A stretch of DNA of 58,733 nucleotides, filler included, from Candidatus Zhuqueibacterota bacterium (GCA_016783505.1; 4 parts of 4 records of this genome joined end to end with filler, not necessarily neighbours in it); one strand, 5' to 3'. Shown: positions 38,443 to 51,034, numbered from the whole stretch's first letter. A program made the numbers and translations. Notes: generated by a model not told the origin, from the letters alone.

Positions 38443-39822
38443 TCATTCTAGATATAGAAGGCGCCTTTTGAAGGACTCTTCCAAAACGCCAATAAAAAAG
38501 ACAATAAAGACTTTGATTATAATGGGATTGATTAGGATATTACTTCTGATGAATTTTTTTATAATACTAATAAATTGAGCCGGACTATAAAAATCTTTTA
38601 CAATTCGTTTTGTAATGGACCAGAGCCGTGATGGAGGGTATTGATCAGAAAATACTCTCCCTCTCCCACCTATATAATACCCAGGTGTATTCTCTACAAT
38701 CTTCCTAAGGGGCGAGTATTTAAGAGCACGTAATCTACTGTGACTTAAGAAATCTAGCCCTAGAGATTTAGCAAAAGAAGATATTGCAAGCATATCTTCC
38801 TCTTCTTCTCCAATATAGCCGATGATAAAATAACCAACATGTATAAAATTAAAATTTCTCAAAACCTTAAAAGCTTCTTTTACTCCCTGGATGTTAAAAC
38901 CTTTTCCAATACGTTGAAGTGTCTTATCTTGTGCCGACTCTATACCATAGGATAGTACACGAAAACCTGCCTTCCACATCTTTTCCAGAATTTCTGGATG
39001 ATGAGCTACATCAATCCTTAATTCTACCATAAATATTTTCTTGACTTGCTGAGCAATCAAGAGGTCGCAGATTTTCTCTATCCTCTTGATATCAACATCA
39101 AAACTATCGTCGGAAAAGATAATTATATCAGCAGGAATAATCTTTATCTCTTCTACCACTGACGCCGCAGAACGGCCAGACCATTCTCTTAATTCTCCTA
39201 AAGGATTTAATCTATGAGTACAGAATTCGCACTTAAAAGGACAACCCCTTGAGCTCATTACAGTATCGATACCAAAACTCAAACCTAATGGAGTTCTATG
39301 TTGGTAGCTATATCTTCTCAGGGAGCGGTCAGGATAAAGTTCTAACACCTGTGAAAGAGCTCCTGAAGGATTGTGAATAACCTTCCCTGATCGATGATAA
39401 GAGATTCCATCAATTTCTGATAAAGGTTTTCCTGAAAAGATATCTCCTATAATCTCTTCCCCATCCCCTCTAACAATAATATCTATGCGAGGGTTAGTTT
39501 CTAAGTACTTTTGCACATTCTCTGTAACATGGATTCCTCCTAAAATCACAGTCACGGCTTGTGGGATTTGGTCCAGAAGACTTATAGCAATCTTTCTTTG
39601 ATGAGGCCAGTTAATGCTTATCCCTATTACATCCGCATCTTGAAGAAATTCAGAGATTGTTTCTTTTTCATACCTCATATCAATTACTGTAATTTTTTCT
39701 ACTAGGTTCTTAACTGCAGTGGCAATATACTCTAATCCTAAAGGAGGAAAGAGATCGTTATAATGTAATCTCTTAAGTTTTTCATATGGATAAATAAAGA
39801 GTGCTCTTCTCCATCTTCTCAC
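38443..39822 (-). CDS. B12-binding domain radical SAM protein
   Basis: PPLGLEYIA; GGIH; RGDGE; SRGCPFKCEFC; GIES. Confidence 0.92.
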   Translation of the reverse strand: MRRWRRALFIYPYEKLKRLHYNDLFPPLGLEYIATAVKNLVEKITVIDMRYEKETISEFLQDADVIGISINWPHQRKIAISLLDQIPQAVTVILGGIHVTENVQKYLETNPRIDIIVRGDGEEIIGDIFSGKPLSEIDGISYHRSGKVIHNPSGALSQVLELYPDRSLRRYSYQHRTPLGLSFGIDTVMSSRGCPFKCEFCTHRLNPLGELREWSGRSAASVVEEIKIIPADIIIFSDDSFDVDIKRIEKICDLLIAQQVKKIFMVELRIDVAHHPEILEKMWKAGFRVLSYGIESAQDKTLQRIGKGFNIQGVKEAFKVLRNFNFIHVGYFIIGYIGEEEEDMLAISSFAKSLGLDFLSHSRLRALKYSPLRKIVENTPGYYIGGRGRVFSDQYPPSRLWSITKRIVKDFYSPAQFISIIKKFIRSNILINPIIIKVFIVFFIGVLEESFKRRLLYLE

Positions 39823-39926
39823 AACAATTCCTTTCCTCTTTTACACCTCACCAACATTTACTATTACCATTGGCGAGGTAGGTAGTTCAAAGCGATTCAA
39901 AAGAGAACAAATTTTGAGATATTTTT

Positions 39927-40295
39927 AAAGATGCAAAAGTTTTTTCACTTTTTTACCCCGAGTTGAAACTGGTTAGGCACAAAACCTTTTGAAAGTCAGG
40001 GGACAACAAGGTCCATGATTTTTTCGTTGATAATATATCAACAAAAAACCCCATCCAGTCTTTCCGAACCATCAGGGGTCAAGAATTTGTAGTTGGCATT
40101 TCATGGGAAAAAAAAGCTCCCTGAAAGCTTTAGCTGGGGAAACTATTTCGGTTGGCAAACCAAGAATAGCCCTATAACAAGTAACAGCTTAACAGAGGTA
40201 GTCTTTAAGAGGCTAACCAGTTCAGAATCAAGTTCCGTTGAATCTGGTTTACCATCAATAGTTTAATGAATTAATTTTTAATAGTCAAGAAAATA
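39927..40295 (-). repeat. conserved long leader A, copy 2
   Basis: Shares TCCCTGAAAGC, AAACCAA.AATAGCCCTA, AACCAGTTC.GAATCA and TTAGGCACAAAA with 29104-29405. Confidence 0.7.
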
Positions 40296-40392
40296 ATTCA
40301 TAAAATTGGATTTTTGGTTATTTTTTTCTATTGCTTAATTGTTTCTTTTTCTTTATATTTTTTCAATTATTTTAACTAATTCCAGAGGAGAG

Positions 40393-41649
40393 ATGGTAGC
40401 CTTACGACATCGCTTCCTTAAATGGTACCTGTTGTTGACCTTGCTGGTTATGATGGGCGGTTGCCTGTATGCGGATTATCAATTCCTGGGCAACGTCCAA
40501 TCATATAAGCGGGTCAAGTATGGGATTCTCCTTGAGTGCGATGGGGCAAGGGTCTTAATATCGGTTTTGGCCCCGGATCTGATCCGGGTTCGACTGGCCC
40601 CGGAGGGGACATTTCTTGGGGGATGTTCTTATGCAATGGCTAAACAGGATTGGCCCCCCACCGATTCTTCAGTTAAGGAAGAAGAACAGGAAATTATCAT
40701 TACGACTACAGAACTTTCTTTACGGATTGCCAAATCCCCCTGCAGGCTGGGATTTTTTGATCGGGACGGTGACTTGATCAATAAAGACCATGATGCCTTT
40801 GGCATGGGCTGGGACGGCCAGAGAGTCATCTGTTACAAGAGAAGACTAAAGGATGATGTCGGGGATGAAAAGTATTACGGGCTGAGTGAGAAGACCCGAG
40901 GGTTTGAGAAGTAGGGAAACCTCTACACTATGTGTAACTCGGACATTCCGGGCTATGATTACCGTACCGACCCCCTCTATCAGTCTATCCCCTTTCGGGA
41001 AAAGGAGATCCCCTGCGACGTCCTCTACTTAGACATCCACAACATGGACGGGTATCGGGTGTTCACCTGGGACCCGGTTCGCTTTCCTAAACCGAAGAGG
41101 ATGCTCTCCGATCTGGAGAAGATGGGCTTTAATGTGGTGGTGATCATTGATCCCGGGATTAAGGTTGATCCCGATTATTGGGTCTATCAAGAGGGTATAG
41201 GGGGGGACTACTTCTGCAGCTATCCCGATGGAAAACCGTTCTCGGGGGAGGTCTGGCCGGGGGAATGCCACTTTCCCGATTTTTCTTCCCCCGCGGTCAG
41301 GGAGTGGTGGGGTGGGCTATACAAGGGGCTCATCGCCCAGGGGGTGGACGGCTTCTGGAATGACATGAACGAGCCATCCGTGTGGGAGGGAACGTTTCTG
41401 GAAGTGGTCTTGCACGATGATGGGGGCCGTGAATCGAGCCATGCCAGGGTTCACAATGTCTACGGGAAGCTGATGGCCCGGGGGACGTATGAGGGTATGC
41501 GTAAGCTTAGCCCCGATCACCGGCCTTTCGTGCTGACGCGGGCCGGCTTTGCCCGCACCATTGACGCCCGGATCAAGACCACCTGCCTGGTCTGTCCCCC
41601 CGATGACCATCCGGAGGACGTGTGGTGTGCGTGGGAATTTATGATTTAG
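40393..41649 (+). pseudogene. glycoside hydrolase family 31 pseudogene
   Basis: GH31 motifs (YYGL, DPLYQSIPF, WNDMNEP, HNVYG, RPFVLTRAGFA); in-frame TAG at 40912-40914; segment apparently missing between SIPF and REKEIPCD; truncated after RAGFA. Confidence 0.85.
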
Positions 41650-41735
41650 TCTAAGTTGCAAATTATTCTTGATTCTTTTAAAATGATTCATTATATTTCT
41701 GTTAAAGGACAAATTCGTCTAAAGTCGGAAACAGG

Positions 41736-42566
41736 ATGTTCTGGGATCAACTCATAGAGGTAGCTCGCCAACAACAGTTACCCCTCGCTACCGTAATAAC
41801 CGAACTTCTCCATACGATTATTCTAAATGTTCTTTATTCCCAGGAGGAAAGCCTGAATCTGGTCTTTCAAGGGGGAACGAGTATCCACCTTTTGCACGGG
41901 GGGTACCGATACTCCCAAGATTTGGATTTTGCCGGAGGGGAAATGTCAGGGGAGAAAATCGAAAAGCTGATGCAGAAATCCAGATCCCAGATCGAAAAGT
42001 GGATCATTCAATGCCTGGGAATGGGAAAATGTGAATGGAAGCTCCCCAAAAAGGGGAATAAACAACGTATGTTTTCCTGGTGGCTTTTCTATCGAAAGAA
42101 TGGTGAGAGGCGTCCATATAGGATTAAAATGGAATTCACGACCTGTCCCGTCTATCAGATTCAAATAATGCCCATTCGTACCGAATATGGGTTACCCTTC
42201 CCTTTACCCCTAATCAATGGATTGGGTCCCGTGGAGCTGTTGGCGGAAAAGATCAGCGCCATTGCCGGACGCCCTTTTATTAAAGGGAGGGATTTTTTTG
42301 ATTTGTGGTTTCTTAGTGAAATAAAAAAGGCCGCACTCAATTTTAATTTGGTACAAAAGAAATTCAATGATTATCAGACGCCCGATCCCATCGGTCGCCT
42401 GCAAAATCGGATGACACAATGCGGGGTCGAGAATATTTGGATAGAAATGAGTCAATCTTTACCGGTGCGATACCGCCGCCAATTTGAAAAAAACCAATAT
42501 CAAGACATTCTGAAAACTTCAAGGAAAATTATTAAGAGTGTCCTACGGACATTGGGTACAAATTAA
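41736..42566 (+). CDS. AbiEii/AbiGii-family nucleotidyltransferase toxin
   Basis: FQGGTS..RYSQDLDF, AEKI and GRDFFDL motifs. Confidence 0.88.
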   Translation: MFWDQLIEVARQQQLPLATVITELLHTIILNVLYSQEESLNLVFQGGTSIHLLHGGYRYSQDLDFAGGEMSGEKIEKLMQKSRSQIEKWIIQCLGMGKCEWKLPKKGNKQRMFSWWLFYRKNGERRPYRIKMEFTTCPVYQIQIMPIRTEYGLPFPLPLINGLGPVELLAEKISAIAGRPFIKGRDFFDLWFLSEIKKAALNFNLVQKKFNDYQTPDPIGRLQNRMTQCGVENIWIEMSQSLPVRYRRQFEKNQYQDILKTSRKIIKSVLRTLGTN

Positions 42567-42603
42567 ACCATTTTTATTGATCTTTCCAAATCTAGGATAG
42601 AAT

Positions 42604-43191
42604 ATGGGTGGCAAAATTTTTACCCAAACCAAATGGATTGAGGAATTACGGAAAGGTAGGCCCGTTTTTTCGCTACCCGAGTTGGTTCGCATTACGGGAC
42701 TACCCCCTGCTTCGGCCCGGCGAGCGGTTTCCAGATTGGTAAAAAGGAGATTTCTGATCAAGTTATCCAAGGGACTATACGGCAATGCCTTTGCCCATCT
42801 AAGCCTGGAACAGGTGGCGGGGATGCTTTATCCCCCAGCCTATATTTCTGTGGAAAGTGCCCTTTTCACGCACGGTGTGATAGATCAGACGCCCCACATA
42901 GTCACCTGTATAACTCTCAACAAAACAAAAACCTTCCGTACGGCTTTGGGGGAAATTTTGTATTATCATATCAAGTCCGGACTCTTCTTCGGGTTTCACC
43001 CCCAGGATGGGCTTGTCCTGGCAGGACCAGAAAAAGCGGCCGCGGATTATGTATACATCAAGCGCCAGAACGGCTTGTTCCCCGACCTAGATGAATGGAA
43101 CTGGGGGAATTTGGATCTATTAAATTTAAGGGAAATCCTGAAATCCTATCCAAAATCGGTCGAAAAACATATCATGGAATTTGCTCATTGA
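42604..43191 (+). CDS. AbiEi-family type IV antitoxin / transcriptional regulator
   Basis: N-terminal wHTH ending KGLY; YISVESAL..HG; PEKAAAD. Confidence 0.85.
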   Translation: MGGKIFTQTKWIEELRKGRPVFSLPELVRITGLPPASARRAVSRLVKRRFLIKLSKGLYGNAFAHLSLEQVAGMLYPPAYISVESALFTHGVIDQTPHIVTCITLNKTKTFRTALGEILYYHIKSGLFFGFHPQDGLVLAGPEKAAADYVYIKRQNGLFPDLDEWNWGNLDLLNLREILKSYPKSVEKHIMEFAH

Positions 43192-43358
43192 GTCGAAAGG
43201 TAACAGTTCAGCCACAGAGACACCAAGACACTAAGGAGTAATTTGTTACTGCATAGTTGCAGAATCAGAAAAAAAACTGATTGCTGAACGCTCGTTTAGT
43301 TCCATGATATTCTGTGGTAAACTGTTACATCGAAAGAATCGCTAATTGGAGATAGGTC

Positions 43359-44235
43359 ATGCCAGAATTTCGTCAGAATTTAGCTACTAAGGAGTGGGTT
43401 ATAGTGGCTACCGAACGGGCCAAGAGGCCCCAGGATTTTCAGAAAAAGGGGGAGGCCCCCCCCTTTTTGCCCCCCCACAAGCCCAACTGTCCTTTCTGTA
43501 TTGGCAACGAAGAACAAACCCCGCCGGCCGTTTTCACAATTACCAGAGACGGCCGCTGGGGGGTGAGGGTGGTGCCCAACAAGTTCGCCGCCCTCAAGCC
43601 CGACCTGGCCACCACCCGGACTAACGTCGGTAAATTTCTTCAGGCCAAGGGGTTCGGGGTGGCCGAGGTGATCATTGAAACTCCGGAACACCATAAGACC
43701 ATTGCCACCCTGTCGGAAGGAAAAGTGGAGGACGTGCTCCAAGCCTATCAACATCGCTATCTTGAAATTTCGAAGGTTGATAAGGTGAACCTGATTACCA
43801 TCTTCAGAAATTTCGGGGTTCGGGCCGGGACATCACTGGAGCATCCTCATTCCCAACTCATCGCTACCCCCATCGTCCCCCCCCACGTGCGCGACCCCTT
43901 CCGGCAGGCGATGCTGCATTATGACGAGCATGGCTCCTGCGTCTACTGTGATATGGTTGCCGAAGAATTGCGACAGGGGGAGCGGATCGTTTTGGAATCA
44001 GAGCATTTTGTGGCCCTCTGCCCCTTTGCCGCCCGGACGCCTTTTGAAACTCGGGTGTACCCCAAGGCCCATAAGGCTAGTTATGGTTCCATCAGTGAAG
44101 ATGAGAGGGGCGATCTGGCCGGGCTGTTGAGGGCGGTGATGGGGAAACTGCGCACCGGATTGGGAAATCCAGACTACAACTATATTATCCGTTCTTCCCC
44201 CATCGGTGATGAAAACGTGCACTACTTACACTGGT
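43359..44235 (+). CDS. galT: galactose-1-phosphate uridylyltransferase (3' partial)
   Basis: ERAKRP, CPFC, VPNKFAAL and GTSLEHPHSQ motifs. Confidence 0.93.
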
Positions 44236-44335
44236 NNNNNNNNNNNNNNNNNNNNNNNNNNNNNNNNNNNNNNNNNNNNTTAATTAATTAANNNNNNNNN
44301 NNNNNNNNNNNNNNNNNNNNNNNNNNNNNNNNNNN
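44236..44335. other. artificial contig linker
   Basis: N runs + TTAATTAATTAA. Confidence 0.98.
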
Positions 44336-44998
44336 GTAGTGGAGTTGCTTCGTCCCCTTGGTCTCCCATCAAGGTCAACTCGGGTGTTGGACTTGGGCTG
44401 CGGGAAAGGCGCAGTAGCAATCACTTTGGCTCGGGAATTTGGCTTCCAAGCCCTGGGGGTTGATTTCTTTGAGCCTTTTATACAGGAAGCCAGAGAGCGT
44501 GCGCAAGAAATGGGTGTTGCCAGCCGGTGTCAATTCGTGTGCGCCGACATGCGCGACGCGCTCGGTGAAGCCAGGGATTTCGATGTGGTCATCTACGCTT
44601 CCATCGGCGGAGTGCTTGGGAAGTTCGATCAATGCGTGGCAAAACTGAGGCGGTGCGTCCATCCCGGCGGCTACATGCTCATTGACGACGGGTTCCTCGC
44701 CGATCCCGAGAAGGTCGAAAGCCCTTGGTACGAGCATTGTGCCACTCACCAAGAGACACTGCGTCGGCTAACAGCGAATGGCGATATTCTTCTGCGCGAA
44801 GTAATCATCCCAACGGATGATGTTAAGGCGCTTAATCGGAAGTCTACAGAACTCATCCGCAGGAGAGTGGAGAAGCTAGCGAAATTACACCCGGAGGCCG
44901 CTGATTCTCTTTTCTGGTATGTGGAGAAGCAGGAGCGCGAGAGCGAGATAATGGAGACAGCGGTGACCAGTGCAGTGTGGCTCCTCCAGCGGGCTTGA
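44336..44998 (+). CDS. class I SAM-dependent methyltransferase (5' partial)
   Basis: VLDLGCGKG motif I; PGG motif. Confidence 0.88.
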   Translation, partial: VVELLRPLGLPSRSTRVLDLGCGKGAVAITLAREFGFQALGVDFFEPFIQEARERAQEMGVASRCQFVCADMRDALGEARDFDVVIYASIGGVLGKFDQCVAKLRRCVHPGGYMLIDDGFLADPEKVESPWYEHCATHQETLRRLTANGDILLREVIIPTDDVKALNRKSTELIRRRVEKLAKLHPEAADSLFWYVEKQERESEIMETAVTSAVWLLQRA

Positions 44999-45102
44999 GA
45001 ACCCAAGGGTTTCATTTATCCTGTCAGTTAAGGAAACAAACCAACACGATAGGTGATAAATCAAAGATGCATTTGGAACAATTTTTATCTTAGAGGAGAG
45101 CG

Positions 45103-45447
45103 ATGCCCTTCTGTCCTGAGTGTAAGAGCGAATATGTGGAAGGGGTTTCCGTCTGTGCCGAATGTCAAGTGGATCTGGTTGATCAATTGCCAGAGGAGGA
45201 TTACGGTCAACCCGATGAAGTGAAGTGGGTTCCCCTGCACGAACTGCCGGGGACGGTTTACGCCGAAATGGTACAGGAGGTTTTGGAACAGCGGGGCATC
45301 CCTTCAGTTCTACGCACCGACGGCATCGGCACCGCCTACGGGGTGTGGGGTACGGTTCCCTTTGCTAAAGGGGTGAGGATCCTGGTGCCCGAAAGCCGGT
45401 ACGAAGAAAGCGAGGACATTTTAAAACAGATGTTGGATCATATTTAA
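45103..45447 (+). CDS. zinc-ribbon plus DUF2007-like protein
   Basis: MPFCPECK..CAEC; LEQRGIPS..VRILVP. Confidence 0.75.
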   Translation: MPFCPECKSEYVEGVSVCAECQVDLVDQLPEEDYGQPDEVKWVPLHELPGTVYAEMVQEVLEQRGIPSVLRTDGIGTAYGVWGTVPFAKGVRILVPESRYEESEDILKQMLDHI

Positions 45448-45662
45448 TCTATTGTTCCATCATTGAATCTATATCTTCTTATTATATTATTATAGTGGCG
45501 CAGGTTTCGAAAGAAACCTGAGTATCCTTACCGATTTATCGGTTTTTAAACCGTTAAAACGGTTAGGCAGTTTTTAATGCATTTTTTGGCCCCACGAATA
45601 AATTCGTGGGCTGTTAAGGTGTATAATTCCGAATTCGGGATAAACTAATTTAGAATTATTAA

Positions 45663-46961
<1,299 letters not shown>

Positions 46962-46993
46962 TGTGCTAACATTCTTTACAGGGGGAAACCCTT

Positions 46994-47320
46994 TTGAAAA
47001 AGAAACTGACTAAATCTCGCCGTCAGGCCCTCAGCAAAAAACGGATTCGACTCCTAATCGCTTTTGGGGTTCTGACTTTGCTTGTCATCCTGTTTGTTGG
47101 CGGGGATCGGGGGCTTTATCAGATCTGGAAACTGTCCCGGGAAAAGAAGCATCTGGAGGAACAAATTGAAGGGCTAAAGCACGTCGAGGCGGAGATGAAA
47201 AAACGGGAGAAAAAGCTCCAGGATGACCCGGAATATCTGGAAAAAGTAGCCCGGGAAAAATATGGAATGATCAAAAAGGGCGAGAAAGTCTACCGGGTGG
47301 AATGGGAGGAGAAAAAATAA
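46994..47320 (+). CDS. ftsB: septum formation initiator (FtsB/DivIC family)
   Basis: TM plus coiled coil plus EKVAREKYGMIKKGE; directly downstream of eno. Confidence 0.8.
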   Translation: MKKKLTKSRRQALSKKRIRLLIAFGVLTLLVILFVGGDRGLYQIWKLSREKKHLEEQIEGLKHVEAEMKKREKKLQDDPEYLEKVAREKYGMIKKGEKVYRVEWEEKK

Positions 47321-47337
47321 TTGTGAGGGGTCGAGGG

Positions 47338-49134
47338 ATGGTCAGGCTGCTGGGATGGTTTCTAGCAGTAATAGTAGGGGTCACGCTTTTCTGGGTTGAA
47401 CCCCTTTTTTCTATTGCCGGAGAATCCGAAGACACCCGGGATTCCACCGCACTGGTGTTCACTCAGGGAATTGATAGCTACCGCTGGGGGTATCTTTTGG
47501 ACTATCGCCGGTCTTTCTCTGAGAATTTGGTTATATCAGTCAGGGAAAATTTCAATTCGTCCCTGTTGGTGTCCCGGGAGAAATGGAAAAATGATCAGAA
47601 ATTGATCGTAGACGTTGATAGGAAACTTTCACCGCTCTTGACTTGGGGAAGCTCATTATCAGGAGGATTGCTTCGGGATCAGCATTCCGGGGAGGAGAAT
47701 AACATCCGGGAATATACCATCCTTTCCGGTCTCAGCTTTCAACGCTGGGGTCCCTTCAAAGGGAAGTCCCTGGTAGGCTATGGCTGGGACGAACGCTACC
47801 ATCGGAAAGACCGGGGCGTCACCTATCAGTCAGGTGCTGGCCTTATTCCCCTTTCTCTTTGGGGATATGGTTTTGAGGGATCCTTCTGGACAGAGGGACA
47901 CCGGCTGGGCCAGAGGCAGGACGAAGATCGGGTATTGACCCTGCGGGTGGGCAGGGAGTTTACCCCAGGTACCCAGATCCAGGTAGACCTGAGGGGACAT
48001 CGAAAACGGGACGATTACTATATCTCGGATTTACCCATCATTGAGTCACGGGTAGAAAATCTTAAGCACCTGAAGGGTCTGGTCACCTATCGCATCAGAC
48101 AGCGGGGACGTTTAAACGTGTTCTCTGAGGTGACCATGAAAGACATTGAAGCCACCACTCCTGATAAAGCCAGGGGGAAGGAGGATTTTAAGATCCATAA
48201 CGGACTGGTCCTTGATCAGGCGTTTTCAAAGGGTAGAGTGAGTTGGGGATTGGACTATCTCGTCCAGAATCAATTCTTTGAGGGCGTTCCGGAGAACGAC
48301 TTTGAAGCCAAAAAATGGGTGATGAAAGCCCGGGCCGGATACAGGATTTCCGGCTCAGATTCGGCGGCATTTCAGCTACTGACATCGAAATATCAATACG
48401 ACTCCCCGGATACGGTGACCGAAAATAATGACCGGGACGAACTACGATATTTCGTCAACCTGACGGTAAAGCACCGCTTTAGTCCCTACCTTGTTCTGAT
48501 AGTAGGGGGAGGGGTAGACCTTTTTCATCGGGTGTATGTCTTCAAGGAGATGAGCGCCAACAACAATTGGAACCGGGTGTTCAGGTTTTCGCCCCAGGTT
48601 TTCTATAACCCCTCCCCCCGTTTTTCAGTTATCAACCGGTTCGGGGTGCTGGCCAATTATACTACCTATGACTTCGAACTGACCTCTGATGTACAGAGCT
48701 ACCTCTTCCGCCAGTTTTCATGGGAGGATTCGACCACCTTTCTGTTTACTAAAAAGTGGGGTTTGGGTCTAATTTATCTTTTAGAACTTGAGGATACCGG
48801 TAAGCTACTCTGGGAGGAGTGGGTCCAGGAATTAGGGGTAAAAAGGAGAAGCCAATCCTTGAAACTGGCCCTGAAATTCCAGGGAGAAAGGGGGCTGGGT
48901 CTGTCATCGGGATTGGATTTTTATCTGCGGGAGGAGTGGTTTCCAGCGACCGACTCTGGTAGGGGGCAGAAATTTCAGGAGATTCGGGGCCTGGGCCCCA
49001 CCATTGGTTTAAAATACGTCTACGGCGAATTGATCAGGGTTGAACTGGCGGGGGTTCACCGTAAGGTCCACGATCAACAGCGGGGTGAATATTTACAGAC
49101 CTTTGTGGATTTTAACTTCCGATGGTTCTTTTAG
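47338..49134 (+). CDS. hypothetical outer-membrane beta-barrel protein
   Basis: Signal-like N-terminus, alternating beta-strand pattern, terminal F. Confidence 0.65.
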   Translation: MVRLLGWFLAVIVGVTLFWVEPLFSIAGESEDTRDSTALVFTQGIDSYRWGYLLDYRRSFSENLVISVRENFNSSLLVSREKWKNDQKLIVDVDRKLSPLLTWGSSLSGGLLRDQHSGEENNIREYTILSGLSFQRWGPFKGKSLVGYGWDERYHRKDRGVTYQSGAGLIPLSLWGYGFEGSFWTEGHRLGQRQDEDRVLTLRVGREFTPGTQIQVDLRGHRKRDDYYISDLPIIESRVENLKHLKGLVTYRIRQRGRLNVFSEVTMKDIEATTPDKARGKEDFKIHNGLVLDQAFSKGRVSWGLDYLVQNQFFEGVPENDFEAKKWVMKARAGYRISGSDSAAFQLLTSKYQYDSPDTVTENNDRDELRYFVNLTVKHRFSPYLVLIVGGGVDLFHRVYVFKEMSANNNWNRVFRFSPQVFYNPSPRFSVINRFGVLANYTTYDFELTSDVQSYLFRQFSWEDSTTFLFTKKWGLGLIYLLELEDTGKLLWEEWVQELGVKRRSQSLKLALKFQGERGLGLSSGLDFYLREEWFPATDSGRGQKFQEIRGLGPTIGLKYVYGELIRVELAGVHRKVHDQQRGEYLQTFVDFNFRWFF

Positions 49135-49450
49135 CCGTCTCTCAGGAGTATTCCCGAAGACTAATCGTCCCTTAGGGCCTAGACAGCCAAAGGTTCCATC
49201 TTTTAAGGTAATGCCCGGAGGAATAATTTTCCCCCTTTCCTTATTCTCCGTTGGCTGTGGGCCAAGACGGCCGCCCTGGTGATCCTAACGTTAATCATGG
49301 GCAAGTGAGGGATCTCTAAAGTAATCTGGAAGAATGGAGGGGAAATTTCAATCTTTAGGCCGGACAAAATTAAGGTTGATTTGATTCATTTTTTTTTGTA
49401 TATTTAGTTGAAATAAAAAAAAACAAAGGAAGGGAGAGTGATATTCTTCT

Positions 49451-49708
49451 ATGACCCACATCAAGATTCGGGAGACTGAGAGTTTTGAAAAGGCCTTTCG
49501 GCGGTTTAAAAAGGCGTGTGAAAAGTCGGGTTTGATGAGGGAGGTTAAGAAACATCAGCGGTACGAGAAACCCAGCGAAAGGCGGAAGCGGAAGGCCAAT
49601 ATGGCCCGAAAGAAGTTGCGCCGGATGATGATGGAGGCGAGTTCCCCCGGGCCGATGCGGATGCGCAATGAAAATTGGCCCAGAATGCCCACTAATCACA
49701 GAACTTAG
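49451..49708 (+). CDS. rpsU: 30S ribosomal protein S21
   Basis: ESFEKAFRRFKK..YEKPSERRKRK. Confidence 0.95.
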   Translation: MTHIKIRETESFEKAFRRFKKACEKSGLMREVKKHQRYEKPSERRKRKANMARKKLRRMMMEASSPGPMRMRNENWPRMPTNHRT

Positions 49709-50024
49709 CCCCTACCGGGAAAATTAACCGATCAGTCGGGCGCCTGACCGATTTGTAGAATATCGGAAACATTTTGAGAGGGACGAGTGGGGGAACGGGT
49801 GATGGTGATAAAAAGAGAAGTTAGCAGCTTACTTATCCAGGGTTATCGGTAATCAGTAAAATACTGATTATTGATTACCGTTTCCTTGTCACCCCCTCTC
49901 CTGTTTCCCTTCAGAAAAAATCTTCCGATAGGAATCCCGTTGGAAGGGGATTATTTCTTTGAGTTGGTGGGGAGGCGTCTTTGGGGATTAGTGATTTGAG
50001 GATGGTAAGAAAGATGGTAAACTT

Positions 50025-50060
50025 AAGGGGCGGAGTCAACTGAGAGACTTCGCCTTTTAT
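50025..50060 (+). terminator. intrinsic terminator-like hairpin
   Basis: AAGGGGCGGAGTC-AACTGAGA-GACTTCGCCTTTT. Confidence 0.55.
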
Positions 50061-50464
50061 GTTTCATACCACAGATAATCACGGAATAAAACAGAAAAAG
50101 ATTAAATGGGAATAAATATATCAGGTGATCAGAGTACCTGCCCGCTAAATCTTGGCAGGCGGGTCAGTGAGAAGAATATCGGTCAGGTTAATCAGGTGCC
50201 TAACTGACGCCCGACTGATAAGTGGATCAGAACATCAGTATAAACTAATTACTGGCTTTGAAAGGCTATGGATTTGGCAAAAAGCCCTATAAACTGGTGC
50301 TTAATGTGCCATGAAATAAATCAGACATCCTGGTAATCTGATCCCCTTCCTATCCCGAAGTTTCGGGACTGATATTCTGATATACTGGACCAGAACTAAA
50401 GGATCTCTGTGTAGTTCCGTGATACCGAAGCTTGGGGACAGTGGTGAGCTGTTACGTTTCTGAA

Positions 50465-51034
50465 ATGGCTGGTACGATTGACCTGATTATCGGGGGGTTT
50501 TTAGTCCTTTTCATTCTCCGGGGGCTACGCCGGGGATTGGTGAAGGAGCTGTTCGGCCTCGGGGGGCTGGTAGCCGCCTTTCTTTTAGCTCGATGGCTGT
50601 ACCTGGGGCTGGCGCAGCAGCTTAATTTTGTGGAGCTTTCCCCCCCCGCCCGGGGCGCTTTGGCCTTCTTTCTGATCTTCATCGGGGTGATGATCGGGGC
50701 CAGGGTGGTGGCAGTTGCCGTACAGAAAATCCTGAGGTTTGCTCTTCTGGGCTGGCTCGATCGTCTGGGGGGGGCGTTATTTGGATTGGGAAAAGGGGGG
50801 CTGGTAATCGCTGTATTAATACTCATTTGGGCGGTCACCCCCTATGGGCCGTTGCTGGCCGAGGTGGGGGAGAAATCCCCCCTGTTGGGTTTTTTTCATC
50901 GGCTCATTTCCCCCATCACCGAATCCATCGAGACATATAAGAAGGAAGGCCTGCAAAAACTGGGGGAAACCTTAGACCCCGGGATACTGGAAAAAATAAA
51001 AACCCCGGTGGATACCAATAGAACAGGACCTTAA
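50465..51034 (+). CDS. cvpA: CvpA family (colicin V production) protein
   Basis: GLRRGLVKE and LDRLGGALFG motifs. Confidence 0.88.
   Translation: MAGTIDLIIGGFLVLFILRGLRRGLVKELFGLGGLVAAFLLARWLYLGLAQQLNFVELSPPARGALAFFLIFIGVMIGARVVAVAVQKILRFALLGWLDRLGGALFGLGKGGLVIAVLILIWAVTPYGPLLAEVGEKSPLLGFFHRLISPITESIETYKKEGLQKLGETLDPGILEKIKTPVDTNRTGP

Noticed and set aside
40912-40914. In-frame TAG in the GH31 gene as possible pyrrolysine or read-through
   Set aside because: The gene also has an apparent internal deletion and a 3' truncation, and other genes here end normally at TAG; decay is the simpler explanation.
43338-43348. 11-nt match (ATCGCTAATTG) between the CRISPR spacer and the galT upstream region
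   Set aside because: A match this short is expected by chance in a window of this size and does not extend.
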